This document shows, piece by piece, positions 6,972 through 16,245 of a stretch of DNA of 24,000 nucleotides. The notes beneath the pieces are model-generated. The model had not been told where the DNA came from. It did not search any database and saw only the letters and a list, made by a program, of their open reading frames with translations. The DNA comes from Candidatus Electrothrix yaqonensis (GTDB lineage Bacteria > Desulfobacterota > Desulfobulbia > Desulfobulbales > Desulfobulbaceae): contig CP178758.1 in NCBI GenBank assembly GCA_047651235.1, positions 1,394,239 to 1,418,238 on the forward strand, in the 5' to 3' direction. Both the position numbers and the translations under genes were made by a program. The first letter of the stretch is position 1. Each line of letters starts with the position of its first letter.

Positions 6972-7925
6972 TTAGCGCGCTTGGGTGGATTCCAGATAAT
7001 GAAACAGTTCGGACTGCGGGGAAAAAATCAGCGATGTGTTGCTGCCGATAATCGTACGGTAGCTTTCCAGACTTTTCTGAAAAGAATAAAACTCCGCATA
7101 CCTGCTGTAGACATCGCCGTAGAGTTTTGTCGCTTCGGCATCTGCCTTACCCCGAATCTCGGTGGCCTGCCGCTTGGCCTCAGAGGTAATTTCCTTTAAT
7201 TCACGCTCCAGCTTACCAAGGATTTCTGCCTTGCGGCCTTCACCCAGCGACCTCTTTTCCGCAGCAATCCTTTTCCGTTCCGAAATCATCCGGCTGTAGA
7301 CTTTTTCCCGGACAGAATCAATATAATTAACCCGCGTGAACATGACATCAATCAATTCGATTCCGTAGTTACTTGTCTCTTTGGATGCCTGTTCGAGAAC
7401 CATTTCCCTGATTTTATCCCGGCCTTTTTCCGGCGGTTTGGTCATATCAGCAGAGGAAGAGGTCTCCACCGCATATTGCCGGCTCCAGTCCGAAGACCGG
7501 ATAATTTCAATCAGATCATTCTGGTTGACCAGATCCCGCACCGCACCGTTGATGATATCGTCAAGCAGGGTCTGAGAACGGGTTTCGCTCCCCACAGCCT
7601 CCAAAAAACGGAGAGCATCATCGATCCGCCAGCGGGCGGTGTTGTCCATATAAATAAAAGTTTTATCATTGGTGGGAATCTGGTTCGGATCACCGTCCCA
7701 TATCAGAATACGCTTTTCAAAAAAACGCACATGCTGAATAAAGGGAGCTTTAAGTTTCAGCCCGGCCGTTGTCACCGGAGCGCCCACCGGTGCACCGAAC
7801 TGGGTAATCACTGCCTGCTTGTCTTCAGGGAGGACATAAAATCCGTCCCAGACCAAGGCAATAACAACAAGGATAAGTACGAGAGAAAGTATTTTGACGG
7901 CCTGCTGTTTTGTGATCTGTTTCAT
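6972..7925 (-). CDS. hflC: SPFH/band-7 protease modulator HflC
   Basis: N-terminal TM segment (ILSLVLILVVIALVW), an SPFH domain (..VITQFGAPVG...LKLKAPFIQHV..) and a coiled-coil C-terminal half. It lies directly downstream of hflK. Confidence 0.88.
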   Translation of the reverse strand: MKQITKQQAVKILSLVLILVVIALVWDGFYVLPEDKQAVITQFGAPVGAPVTTAGLKLKAPFIQHVRFFEKRILIWDGDPNQIPTNDKTFIYMDNTARWRIDDALRFLEAVGSETRSQTLLDDIINGAVRDLVNQNDLIEIIRSSDWSRQYAVETSSSADMTKPPEKGRDKIREMVLEQASKETSNYGIELIDVMFTRVNYIDSVREKVYSRMISERKRIAAEKRSLGEGRKAEILGKLERELKEITSEAKRQATEIRGKADAEATKLYGDVYSRYAEFYSFQKSLESYRTIIGSNTSLIFSPQSELFHYLESTQAR

Positions 7926-7948
7926 GATGATCTTGTTGGTTTCTGCTT

Positions 7949-9055
7949 TTATTGAGCCGACGTTCTGTCGCTCATTCTGTCGCTCAGATTAAGGAAGGGA
8001 AGGACATTCTGCCGGCTGTTGTCCATAATATATATCCGATCGACTTGGGGCAGGATGTGCTGCATGGTCTCAAGATACAGACGGGTTCTGGTCACCTCCT
8101 TGGCCTTCAGGTACTCAGCGACAATAGCCTTGAAACGAGTCGTTTCACCCTTTGCATCGTTGACGCGCTGGACAGCATATCCGTGTGCCTCCTCAATGGT
8201 TTGCTTGGCAGAGCCGCGCGCCTTGGGGATACGGCGGTTGTACTCCTCTTCAGCTTCATTGACCAGCCGCTTCATATCCTGATCCGCCTCGTTCACTTCA
8301 TTGAAGGCAGGTTTGACCGCATCGGTCGGGGTGATGTCCAGCAGCTGCAGGGTGCTGATATGCACCCCGCACTCCAGTTTATTCAGATCAGCCTGGAGTT
8401 CATCCTTGGCCATACCTGCCAGAATGGCACGGTTCCCCAGGACATAGTCGAAATCCATATTGCCGACAATACGTCGGATAACGGTCTCGGAATTATCCCG
8501 GACTGCCTGGGGCACATCACGCACCTTGAACAGGAAGTGAAACGGATCACTGATCGTATACTGGACGATCCAGGCCACATCAATGACATTTTTATCGCCG
8601 GTGAGCATCAGCGATTCCCGGTCGAATCCCTCTTTGCTGAAGGTCGTGGTCTGGCCGGGTATCGTAGTGCGGAATCCGAATTCCTCCTTGCGCACGGTCT
8701 TGACATCCACCCTGACCATGTCTTCTATATAGGGCAGTTTGAAATGGAGCCCGGGTTCTGCGGTGCGGGTATATTTGCCGAAGCGGAGGACAATCCCCTG
8801 TTTTCCCGGTTCAATGGTATAAAAAGAAGAATAGATGACCTGAAACAGGATGACTGCCAGAATGAGCAGAGCCGCCTTGCTCATTCCGGCCAGAAAATTA
8901 CTACCGTTCGGTTGATCACCGTTTTCAGGAGGCGGATTATCATGCTTCTGTTCATCAAATGCATCCCGGATTTTCTGGATAAGAGCGGCCAGAAAGTCTT
9001 CCGGCGTCTCCGGTTTTTTCTTCTTTCCCCAGGGGGATTGATTACTCATAGGCAT
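7949..9055 (-). CDS. hflK: SPFH/band-7 protease modulator HflK
   Basis: N-terminus MPMSNQSPWGKKKKPE.., then a TM segment, then the SPFH domain (IEPGKQGIVLRFGKYTRTAEPGLHFKLPYIE). The track ORF starts at TTG 9085. I prefer ATG 9055, which has AAGGTG 5 nt upstream. Confidence 0.88.
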   Translation of the reverse strand: MPMSNQSPWGKKKKPETPEDFLAALIQKIRDAFDEQKHDNPPPENGDQPNGSNFLAGMSKAALLILAVILFQVIYSSFYTIEPGKQGIVLRFGKYTRTAEPGLHFKLPYIEDMVRVDVKTVRKEEFGFRTTIPGQTTTFSKEGFDRESLMLTGDKNVIDVAWIVQYTISDPFHFLFKVRDVPQAVRDNSETVIRRIVGNMDFDYVLGNRAILAGMAKDELQADLNKLECGVHISTLQLLDITPTDAVKPAFNEVNEADQDMKRLVNEAEEEYNRRIPKARGSAKQTIEEAHGYAVQRVNDAKGETTRFKAIVAEYLKAKEVTRTRLYLETMQHILPQVDRIYIMDNSRQNVLPFLNLSDRMSDRTSAQ

Positions 9056-9146
9056 ATATTCACCTTGACAGATAAAATTAACCAAATATATTCATCACAC
9101 TGCAGGATGTCAGGATTACTTTCTTCAGAGCCTGCGGATAACCAGC

Positions 9147-9175
9147 ATTTAAAACTGTAACGGGCTCCCTTACAA
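9147..9175 (-). promoter_or_regulatory. Putative sigma70-type promoter for hflK-hflC-cobU (TTGTAA-17 nt-TTAAAT on the minus strand)
   Basis: The minus strand reads cTTGTAAgggagcccgttacagttTTAAATgctgg, inside the 141-bp gap between the rhomboid stop and the hflK start. This is a pattern match only. Confidence 0.3.
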
Positions 9176-9196
9176 GTCTTTTTTCTTTTCTTTTTC

Positions 9197-10144
9197 TCAG
9201 CCCGCTTCTCCGGCAGCAAGAGCAGCCAGCCAGCAGAACAGAATCAGGAGCAGAGAAAACGCGAACAGTACCTGCTGAAGCCCTTTTCTGGCACCAGAGG
9301 AATCAAGGTCAGTCAGCCGGAGCAGAAACCCGAACAGCAGACCGCTGCCCAGACCGAACAGATGGGCACCGAGGTCGGTGCGCTCACCGCTGCTGCCGAG
9401 CATGGCCAGCAGGCCGATCCCTGCTCCCAAAGGAAGCAGGAGCTGTCTGACCAGCGAGGAGGCCCGCCCGGTCAGCTGGCGTCCGCAGAGTATCCCGATA
9501 GCGGCAAAAACAGCCGTGGAAAAGCCCACAGAATAATGGGGTGCATCACGCAGGATGATGTTCAGCAGATTGCCGAACATAGCGGAAAACAGCAGCACGA
9601 ACCAGCCAATGCCGTACCCCACGGTTGTACAGAGCAGATGCACAATGAATCCGCCGATAACACAGTTGCCGACCAGATGCATCTGATCGGCATGCAGGGT
9701 CAGGGCGGTGAGCAGCCGCCACCACTCTCCATGCTCCAGAATCGCTCTGCTGTCAACCGCACCGGCCAGAAACCAGGGATTATCAGACAGCCACGGACCA
9801 GTGTTCCGGTACCAGAGGATCAGGCAGATGAACATCGGCAGGGTGGTCGGCGGCCCGGTGGAGCGCATTGCAGGCCGGACAGCAGCAGGAGGCGGAGGCC
9901 AGCTGCTGTTTTCTTCCCGAAAGCTCTGCAGCTCGGACATGGCCTGCGCAGCATCCCTTTGCCGGGTGAAAATTGCACCGGCAGCACGGTTCACCTGATG
10001 GTCGATTCCAAGCGCGCTGAGCACCAGAGAGTAATCAGCAAGAGCCGCACGACCTGCCTTTGCCGCCATGACCCATCGATTTTTTCCCATCCCCTGGTCA
10101 ATCGATACTGCGGAACTCTGCCGGTGTCCGGCCCTGTCAGTCAT
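9197..10144 (-). CDS. Rhomboid-family intramembrane serine protease
   Basis: WWRLLTALTLHADQMHLVGN (H-x4-H-x3-N of TM2), VGFSTAVFAAIG (catalytic Ser helix) and GAHLFGLGSG (catalytic His helix). The track ORF extends to 10300 inside sucD. The first ATG after the sucD stop is 10144, with an alternative at 10090, so the start is uncertain. Confidence 0.82.
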   Translation of the reverse strand: MTDRAGHRQSSAVSIDQGMGKNRWVMAAKAGRAALADYSLVLSALGIDHQVNRAAGAIFTRQRDAAQAMSELQSFREENSSWPPPPAAVRPAMRSTGPPTTLPMFICLILWYRNTGPWLSDNPWFLAGAVDSRAILEHGEWWRLLTALTLHADQMHLVGNCVIGGFIVHLLCTTVGYGIGWFVLLFSAMFGNLLNIILRDAPHYSVGFSTAVFAAIGILCGRQLTGRASSLVRQLLLPLGAGIGLLAMLGSSGERTDLGAHLFGLGSGLLFGFLLRLTDLDSSGARKGLQQVLFAFSLLLILFCWLAALAAGEAG

Positions 10145-10166
10145 GATTGAGGATTGAGTTTTGACT

Positions 10167-11039
10167 TCAGGCGGAAAAAACATCAGCACAGAAGCTGCCG
10201 AATCGGCCGAGTTCTTGGCAGACATACACCCCTGCCTGACGCAGAGCTTCAATTTTGGCTGCTGCTCCGCCCCGCGAACCGGCGACAATGGCCCCGGCAT
10301 GCCCCATCCGCCGTCCCGGAGGAGCGCTCAGACCGGCGATAAATGCGGCTACCGGCTTATCAACTCTTTCCCGGATAAAAGCAGCAGCCTCTTCTTCGGC
10401 AGTGCCGCCGATCTCACCCAGCAGGACAATACCGGTTGTCTGTTCATCCTCGGCAAAAGCGGCAAGGCAGTCGATAAAACCGGTTCCGATGATCGGGTCA
10501 CCGCCGATGCCGATGCAGGTTGACTGGCCCAGCCCGACATCGCTCAGTTGCCGCACCACCTCATAGGTCAGGGTGCCGGAACGGGAAACGACCCCGATCG
10601 AACCGGGAGTATGAATCCGACCGGGCATAATGCCAATTTTGCAGGCCACCGGCGTGATAATACCAGGGCAGTTCGGGCCGATCAGGCGGACAGAGGCTCC
10701 CTGCAGGTATGTCCGCACCCGCAGCATATCATGCACTGGAATGCCTTCTGTGATACAGACGATCAGGGTAATACCGGCGTCTGCCGCCCCAAGCACCGCA
10801 TCTGCGGCAAAGGGCGGAGGAACAAAAATCATGGTGGCATCAGCACCGGTTTCCTGCACAGCATCCCGCATTGTGTTGAACACCGGCACCCCGGCCACCT
10901 TCTGACCGTCTTTCCCCGGTGTCACCCCGGCGACCACACGGGTGCCGTATTCCAGGCACTGCCGGGTATGAAACCTTCCCTCATTGCCGGTAATTCCCTG
11001 AACAAGCACGCGGGTATCCCGGTTGATAAAAACACTCAT
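10167..11039 (-). CDS. sucD: Succinyl-CoA synthetase subunit alpha
   Basis: [34 protein letters not shown] and the phosphohistidine loop MGHAGAIV. There is an ATGA overlap with sucC. Confidence 0.95.
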   Translation of the reverse strand: MSVFINRDTRVLVQGITGNEGRFHTRQCLEYGTRVVAGVTPGKDGQKVAGVPVFNTMRDAVQETGADATMIFVPPPFAADAVLGAADAGITLIVCITEGIPVHDMLRVRTYLQGASVRLIGPNCPGIITPVACKIGIMPGRIHTPGSIGVVSRSGTLTYEVVRQLSDVGLGQSTCIGIGGDPIIGTGFIDCLAAFAEDEQTTGIVLLGEIGGTAEEEAAAFIRERVDKPVAAFIAGLSAPPGRRMGHAGAIVAGSRGGAAAKIEALRQAGVYVCQELGRFGSFCADVFSA

Positions 11040-12217
11040 CGCTGCAGATTCTCTCCTTGCTTCAGCGTGAGTTTTCTGATTTTCTCCACCGCATCCTCAA
11101 GATTCTCTGCCATGATTAGATCAAGTTCGGAGTCGACCAGAATTTTTCTGCCTTCGAGAGCATTGGTGCCTTCCATGCGGACAATAACAGGAATCCGGAC
11201 GCCGATCTTTCTGGCCGCCTGCACGACTCCGGCAGCCAGGATATTGCAGCGCAGGATGCCGCCGAAAATATTGATCAGGATTGCCCTGACCTGCGGGTCT
11301 GAAAGCAGAATCCGAAAGCCGTTGGCAATTTTCTCCTGATCAGCACCACCGCCCACATCGAGAAAATTCGCCGGTTCAGCCCCGGCCTGGCGGATGATGT
11401 CCATGCTGGCCATGGCCAGTCCGGCACCATTGACCATTGTCCCGACGCTGCCCTGCAGGCGGATGTACTTCAATCCGTACTGTGCCGCCTCGGTCTCCAA
11501 CGGATCATCCGCAGAACTATCATACACGGCCGCCAATTCCTGCTGCCGAAACAGGGCATTGGAATCAACCTCGGCCTTGGCATCGATAAGACAAAACTGA
11601 CCGTCCGTTGTCAACCCCAGGGGATTAATCTCAGCCAGCAGCAAATCATTTTCCACAACCGCTCTGTACAGCCCGGTAAGCAGATGGCAGAAGGGGGTAA
11701 AAACAGAATCGGTCAGACCGAGAGCAAAGGCAACCCTGCGCTGCTGATGGTCCTGCAGACCGAGCAGGGGATTGATCTGGACTTGAATAATTTTTTCCGA
11801 ACAGGCAGAGGCCACCTCCTCAATATCCATACCGCCTTCTGCAGAGGCAATAAGCAGCAGGGAAGCCGTAGACCGATCCGGTAGAATGGAGAGATAAAAT
11901 TCCCGATCAATATTGATCTTCTGTTCCAGCAGCAGAGCAAAAACCTGGATGCCGCGCCCACCGGTCTGGGCGGTATGCAGCGTTGTGCCGAGGAGTTCAT
12001 CAACAGCTCTGCGGGCTTCAGTCATGTCTTCGACAATACGGACGCCCCCGGCTTTTCCGCGACCGCCGCTGTGTACCTGCGCCTTGACAACAACAGGAAA
12101 ACCGTACCGGACAACATGCTCCATCGCCTCTTCCGGCGTTTCTGCAGGTCGTCCCTGGGGCACAGGCAAACCGTAGCGGCTGAAAAGCTCTTTGGCCTGA
12201 TATTCATGCAGCTTCAT
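11036..12217 (-). CDS. sucC: Succinyl-CoA synthetase subunit beta
   Basis: [37 protein letters not shown] and [13 protein letters not shown], with the ATP-grasp plus ligase-CoA architecture. Confidence 0.95.
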   Translation of the reverse strand: MKLHEYQAKELFSRYGLPVPQGRPAETPEEAMEHVVRYGFPVVVKAQVHSGGRGKAGGVRIVEDMTEARRAVDELLGTTLHTAQTGGRGIQVFALLLEQKINIDREFYLSILPDRSTASLLLIASAEGGMDIEEVASACSEKIIQVQINPLLGLQDHQQRRVAFALGLTDSVFTPFCHLLTGLYRAVVENDLLLAEINPLGLTTDGQFCLIDAKAEVDSNALFRQQELAAVYDSSADDPLETEAAQYGLKYIRLQGSVGTMVNGAGLAMASMDIIRQAGAEPANFLDVGGGADQEKIANGFRILLSDPQVRAILINIFGGILRCNILAAGVVQAARKIGVRIPVIVRMEGTNALEGRKILVDSELDLIMAENLEDAVEKIRKLTLKQGENLQR

Positions 12218-12324
12218 GCGGTTCTTTCTCTTCCTTCCAAAACCTGTCCGGTCGAAATTATCCCGGCACGACCGCTGTGATAAGCTGCAGACCTCAGTCG
12301 GGACCTACTGGCGCCGACCTCTTG

Positions 12325-12996
12325 TCAGATACTGCTCATCTGCGCGATAAACGTATTGGACTCGTCGATGGCCGCGTTCATTTTCCGGATAAGCAGATCA
12401 ATATCCTTTTCAAGGCCGGAAAATTCCGCCTGCAGGGAGCCGATCGCCTGGGCATTCAGGTTATGTTTAAGAAACAGAACATTATCACGAAAGGTCCGCA
12501 GAACCGGTTCCATACTTCTTTCCGCTGTCCGCATGGTCTTCAGCATCTTCCGATAACGGGATTTGGTTTTCCTGAGCTGCTGCTTACTGATCGCCCGGAA
12601 CTCCCTGTTCTGATACAGTTCAAGTTCCTCTTCCCATTCCTCAAACAGAGCTTCAGAAACCTTTTCCACCTTGTCTATCCGTTCAGAAACATCTTCACTT
12701 GCCTGTTCGCAGTCAAGATATTCCGTATTGAACTTGTCATATGCCTTTTTAAGATCAGTCTCTTTCAGCTGCACCACCGAGGCAAACTGCTCCAGAGCGG
12801 ATTTAAACTGTTCCTGCGCCTCTGTCTGTGCATCTCTGGCTCCTTCAACCCGATCAACAAGGATATCACGCTTGTGAATCCCTATCTTCTCCAGAGCAGA
12901 GTAATACGTGTTGGAACAGCCGGTAACGATGCTGAAGAAAAAAACGATAAAAAGCAGAGCAGTGAACCCGGCAGACAGCTGTCGAGCAGCGCGCAT
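12325..12996 (-). CDS. DUF2959-family lipoprotein
   Basis: The ATG at 12996 has GGAGG 5 nt upstream, and the longer track ORF to 13083 lacks this. Lipobox IVTGC, followed by SNTYYSALEKIGIHKRDILVDRVEGARDAQTEAQEQF and VLFLKHNLNAQAI, which match my recollection of the DUF2959 family pattern. Confidence 0.8.
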   Translation of the reverse strand: MRAARQLSAGFTALLFIVFFFSIVTGCSNTYYSALEKIGIHKRDILVDRVEGARDAQTEAQEQFKSALEQFASVVQLKETDLKKAYDKFNTEYLDCEQASEDVSERIDKVEKVSEALFEEWEEELELYQNREFRAISKQQLRKTKSRYRKMLKTMRTAERSMEPVLRTFRDNVLFLKHNLNAQAIGSLQAEFSGLEKDIDLLIRKMNAAIDESNTFIAQMSSI

Positions 12997-13119
12997 TTTT
13001 TCCTCCGTTGATTCTGTTGAGCTGAATTTGGGCTGAAATCCAAAGCCATCAAAAAGGCGGACAGATAAGCTGTCGCTCATCATGCCCGCCTGCGGAAAGA
13101 AAGGAAAAGTTCTGCTGTA

Positions 13120-14451
13120 TCAGAAGCGGAAGCGTAATCCTATGCCAAATCGTCCGTATTCTGACAGCGCATCTGTCTCATCAAGTGCTGAACGTGCCTC
13201 CAGAAAGAGCGAGGTGTTGAAGCCGTCCTGTGATCCGGAGATCTGCGTTCCGATCTGTGCGATGATATCCACATCACTGTCTTCTGTTTCAACACCAACC
13301 TCGCCGTCGGTCATCCAAGTACCGAGTCCGAAACCGAGGAAAACCGGTCTCCAGTCTTCTCCGACCCGCAGGAAGAACATGTTGTACTGAGTCAGGAAAT
13401 CAATAATGAAGGCATTATAGCCGTCATCTCCGTCCACTTTTGAAGCTCCTCCCGCCATAACGAGGAAAGAAAGGCGCTGATGGAGTGCATACTCCACGCC
13501 GAGCCGACCGAAACCGTAATCAGCAGGATCGGATTGACGCCAATATCCAAGGTCCGCAACAAAACGGATCGGATATTTACAGGGCGGACAGCACTTGGGT
13601 ACCTCCACCTCCTGAATAACCGGCACCTCAACTTTCTGAACAACCGGTTTTTCTACGATCCTAGTTACCGGTACCTCAACCCGTTCAACAACCGTCTTTT
13701 CGACAATCTTCGGTACCTCAACTTCTCTGATAACCTCTTTTTCGACGATCTTCGGCACCTCGACCTCTTTTACAACCGTCTGCACCGGGCCGGGAACGTT
13801 AACCGGGACTTTTACTTCTTTCACGACTGTCTGCACCGGGCCGGGAACGTTAACCGGAACTCTTACTTCTTTAACAACCTCTTTTTCGACAATCTGCGGC
13901 ACCTTGACCTCTTTGACGACTGTCTGTACCGGGCCGGGAACTTCCACCTCTTTAATCTGTACCGGACCGGGGACTTCCACAACAACAATACGGGCAGCCT
14001 CTTTCAGCGCTATATTGCCGCAGAAAAGAGGTACAGCAAAGGTATACCGTTTTTCCCCTACATCAATAGAAAACTCGTAACCGCTCAGAGGAGCATCGCC
14101 ACCCCAAGTAATATCTTGGGCAGCACGAACTTCTCCGACACCATTGGGCTTGAACAGCATCCAGTTAAAGAACTGTCCCGGCTCATACTCGACATTCTGA
14201 ATTTCAGCCTGGGGAAACTGCTGCATCAGCGGTTCATACAGTTCAGGATAACCGGCCTTTTCCAGGCCAATCATGATATCTTCCTGCATAACCTGCATCA
14301 TGTCCTGAAGCTCAGCGACTGATTGTAACGGGGGCTGATAAAACGGATGCCGCCCGATTACTGTCAGTGTGCTTGCAGCCTGAGCAACGCAAACTGACAG
14401 CAACAACAGTAAAGTTGCCTGCAACAAAATTCTACGTTTCACTGTGTTCAT
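13120..14451 (-). CDS. Outer-membrane protein: signal peptide, unknown N-terminal domain, Pro/Val/Glu/Lys repeat spacer, CCPPC motif and a C-terminal beta-barrel-like domain
   Basis: Signal peptide MNTVKRRILLQATLLLLLSVCVAQA. Residues ~155-286 are VPGPVQTVVKEVKVP / EVPKIVEKEV repeats. The C-terminal ~150 aa have an alternating beta-strand pattern and end ..GRFGIGLRFRF, an aromatic OMP terminus. AAGAGGAGG lies just upstream of the ATG. Confidence 0.8.
   Translation of the reverse strand: MNTVKRRILLQATLLLLLSVCVAQAASTLTVIGRHPFYQPPLQSVAELQDMMQVMQEDIMIGLEKAGYPELYEPLMQQFPQAEIQNVEYEPGQFFNWMLFKPNGVGEVRAAQDITWGGDAPLSGYEFSIDVGEKRYTFAVPLFCGNIALKEAARIVVVEVPGPVQIKEVEVPGPVQTVVKEVKVPQIVEKEVVKEVRVPVNVPGPVQTVVKEVKVPVNVPGPVQTVVKEVEVPKIVEKEVIREVEVPKIVEKTVVERVEVPVTRIVEKPVVQKVEVPVIQEVEVPKCCPPCKYPIRFVADLGYWRQSDPADYGFGRLGVEYALHQRLSFLVMAGGASKVDGDDGYNAFIIDFLTQYNMFFLRVGEDWRPVFLGFGLGTWMTDGEVGVETEDSDVDIIAQIGTQISGSQDGFNTSLFLEARSALDETDALSEYGRFGIGLRFRF
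13594..13989 (-). repeat. In-frame coding repeat region of the OMP gene, including a 51-bp tandem duplication at 13778-13879
   Basis: Copies at 13778-13828 and 13829-13879 are identical at 46 of 51 positions, and each encodes VPVNVPGPVQTVVKEVK. The flanking units are more diverged (a related unit starts at 13922). Confidence 0.85.
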
Positions 14452-14725
14452 CCTCCTCTTAATCTTTTGGTATGAAATTTTTTAAACGGGCTGACATATT
14501 CCCGATCCACCACTTTATCAGCGTTTTCATCGCCTTGTCGGCAGTTCCGGATTCCCCCGATCCGGCAGAAAACCTGCTTAGGATACCATCACAATACTCC
14601 ATATAGCGAATTGTTACAACGGTCTTTACATACCGGAAGTAAAAAAAACTTGCCATTGATCCGATGAGAAAGTATCTGAAAAAGTATCCGGCACAGTCGC
14701 CCGATGCACAATACGACAGGAAAAA

Positions 14726-15442
14726 TCAGAATTTGCAGCTGAGAGAGAGGCTCGCCACAGGATAATATTCATATTCATCAATTTCCTCTTCGATAGCCTG
14801 TCGTTCCAGCTCGATAAATCCTGCCGCCACCGGATGCCTGCCGATCCCCCAAGAATCCTCAACATGCAGTTCCGTAACTTCCGGTGCTCCCTGAAACATT
14901 ACGCCCAAATCCATATTGATTCCCCAGCGGCCTGCGGAGCCGTGGTTACTTGTCCACCCGATCCCCAAATACGGTACAAAACGTTCAAACTCCACCTTGC
15001 CGACAACTCTGGCCTGATCAATCAGATCAGCATAACGGCCCAGAACAGGAGAAAGAAGTTCTTCACGATACGTGCCATTAAGATCGATCTCATTATTGTT
15101 CAGATACGCGCCAAGTGTAAATCGGAAGGCATTGCCGAGGGGATGCAGATCAAGAAGCAGAGAGCCGGTTGAAAAATCCGGTTCAAAGGTGTAGTCAATC
15201 TGCGAGATTGTCGTGTCAAAATCAAAGCCGATCTGATTGACTCCGGCACGGACGGCCATAAAAGGATTGACCTCCAGACCGAGTTCCACTCCGAGCCCGA
15301 GTGTGCCTCCTGTAATACCGAGACTGAAAGGCCCGCTCTGCGCGTGAACCGGTGAACTGTATGCTGCCAGCAGGCATCCTGCGGCAAATCCAGCAAGCCC
15401 TGCAAGCGCTGCCGTATCTGCTTTTTTCATAGTTTTGTTCAT
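14726..15442 (-). CDS. Outer-membrane beta-barrel protein (small porin/OmpW-like class, family not identified)
   Basis: Signal peptide ending ..PVHAQ, Gly- and aromatic-rich amphipathic strands (GITGGTLGLGVELGLEV, FRFTLGAYL, PYLGIGWT) and a C-terminal ..SLSLSCKF. Confidence 0.7.
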   Translation of the reverse strand: MNKTMKKADTAALAGLAGFAAGCLLAAYSSPVHAQSGPFSLGITGGTLGLGVELGLEVNPFMAVRAGVNQIGFDFDTTISQIDYTFEPDFSTGSLLLDLHPLGNAFRFTLGAYLNNNEIDLNGTYREELLSPVLGRYADLIDQARVVGKVEFERFVPYLGIGWTSNHGSAGRWGINMDLGVMFQGAPEVTELHVEDSWGIGRHPVAAGFIELERQAIEEEIDEYEYYPVASLSLSCKF

Positions 15443-15511
15443 TTTTCAGGTAAATCCAATAAATCATAAACCTGCAATAATCAGCAAGTACTTTTCTGCG
15501 CTTTCACCCTT

Positions 15512-16237
15512 TCACCATACCCGGTTCTGTTCACGTTCGTTCGCACAGAACTCCCGCACCCCCTTAAAAGTTTTCCGGTGAATCGGACACGGGCCGAATT
15601 CGGCAACAGCAGCCCGGTGGGCTTTGGTGGGATAGCCTTTATGCTGCTGAAAATTATATTGGGGGTACTGCTGATGGTACGCCCTCATCAGCCGGTCACG
15701 GGTCACCTTGGCGATGATGGAGGCCGCTGCAATGGAAGCGCTTTTTGATTCGCCCTTGGTCAGGGTCTGCTGGGGCAGGTCGAGCGGCACGTTGAAGGTG
15801 CCATCAACCAAGAGAAAAGCAGGCAGCCCTGAGTCGCAGTCCTCAACCGCCCGCTGCATGGCAAGCAGCGATGCCTGGAGAACATTTATCCGCTCAATCT
15901 CGGCCACCCCGGCAATGCCGACCCCGATAACCGCCCCGGAGTCATGCAGTTGAGTGTAAAGTGTGTCTCGCCGTACAGCGGTAATTTTTTTGGAATCCCG
16001 ATAAATGCTGGAATCGCAATCATGAGGAAGGATAACGCACCCGGCTACCACCGGCCCGGCAAGAGGCCCGCGACCGGCTTCATCAATACCGGCCACAGAG
16101 GAAAATCCCTGCTGCCGCAGGCTGCGTTCATAAAAAAAAGAATCCCCGACCGCATCGGACGGGGATAAAGAAAAAAAAGAGGCGGCAGACTTCGTCGGCA
16201 TAGAAGAAGAATACAGTGATACAGTGCCTCTTTTCAA
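15512..16237 (-). CDS. rnhB: Ribonuclease HII
   Basis: GIDEAGRGPLAGPVVAGCVIL, plus DSKK and ASIIAKVTRD motifs. The start is either TTG 16237 (AAAGG 5 nt upstream) or ATG 16201. Confidence 0.92.
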   Translation of the reverse strand: MKRGTVSLYSSSMPTKSAASFFSLSPSDAVGDSFFYERSLRQQGFSSVAGIDEAGRGPLAGPVVAGCVILPHDCDSSIYRDSKKITAVRRDTLYTQLHDSGAVIGVGIAGVAEIERINVLQASLLAMQRAVEDCDSGLPAFLLVDGTFNVPLDLPQQTLTKGESKSASIAAASIIAKVTRDRLMRAYHQQYPQYNFQQHKGYPTKAHRAAVAEFGPCPIHRKTFKGVREFCANEREQNRVW

Positions 16238-16245
16238 CCAGACCT

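Noticed and set aside
9197-10300. The N-terminal 52 codons of the rhomboid track ORF overlap sucD by about 130 nt.
   Set aside because: The extension ([25 protein letters not shown]...) lies inside the well-supported sucD coding frame. I trimmed the start to the first ATG after the sucD stop.
13594-13989. Regularly spaced DNA repeats that could superficially look like a CRISPR or VNTR array.
   Set aside because: The repeats are in frame inside a long ORF with a signal peptide and an OMP C-terminus. The units are contiguous with no unique spacers, so this is a coding repeat.
14639-14655. A sigma54-like TGGCA element (minus strand TGGCAAGTTTTTTTTA) upstream of the repeat-containing OMP gene.
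   Set aside because: The obligatory GC of the -12 element (TTGC) is missing at the correct 10-nt spacing.
14459-14656. A 65-aa minus-strand ORF in the gap between the two OMP genes, and a 71-aa ORF at 20655-20870 upstream of ffh.
   Set aside because: They lack an SD and recognisable features. The second overlaps the ffh start. Both are most likely promoter or leader DNA.
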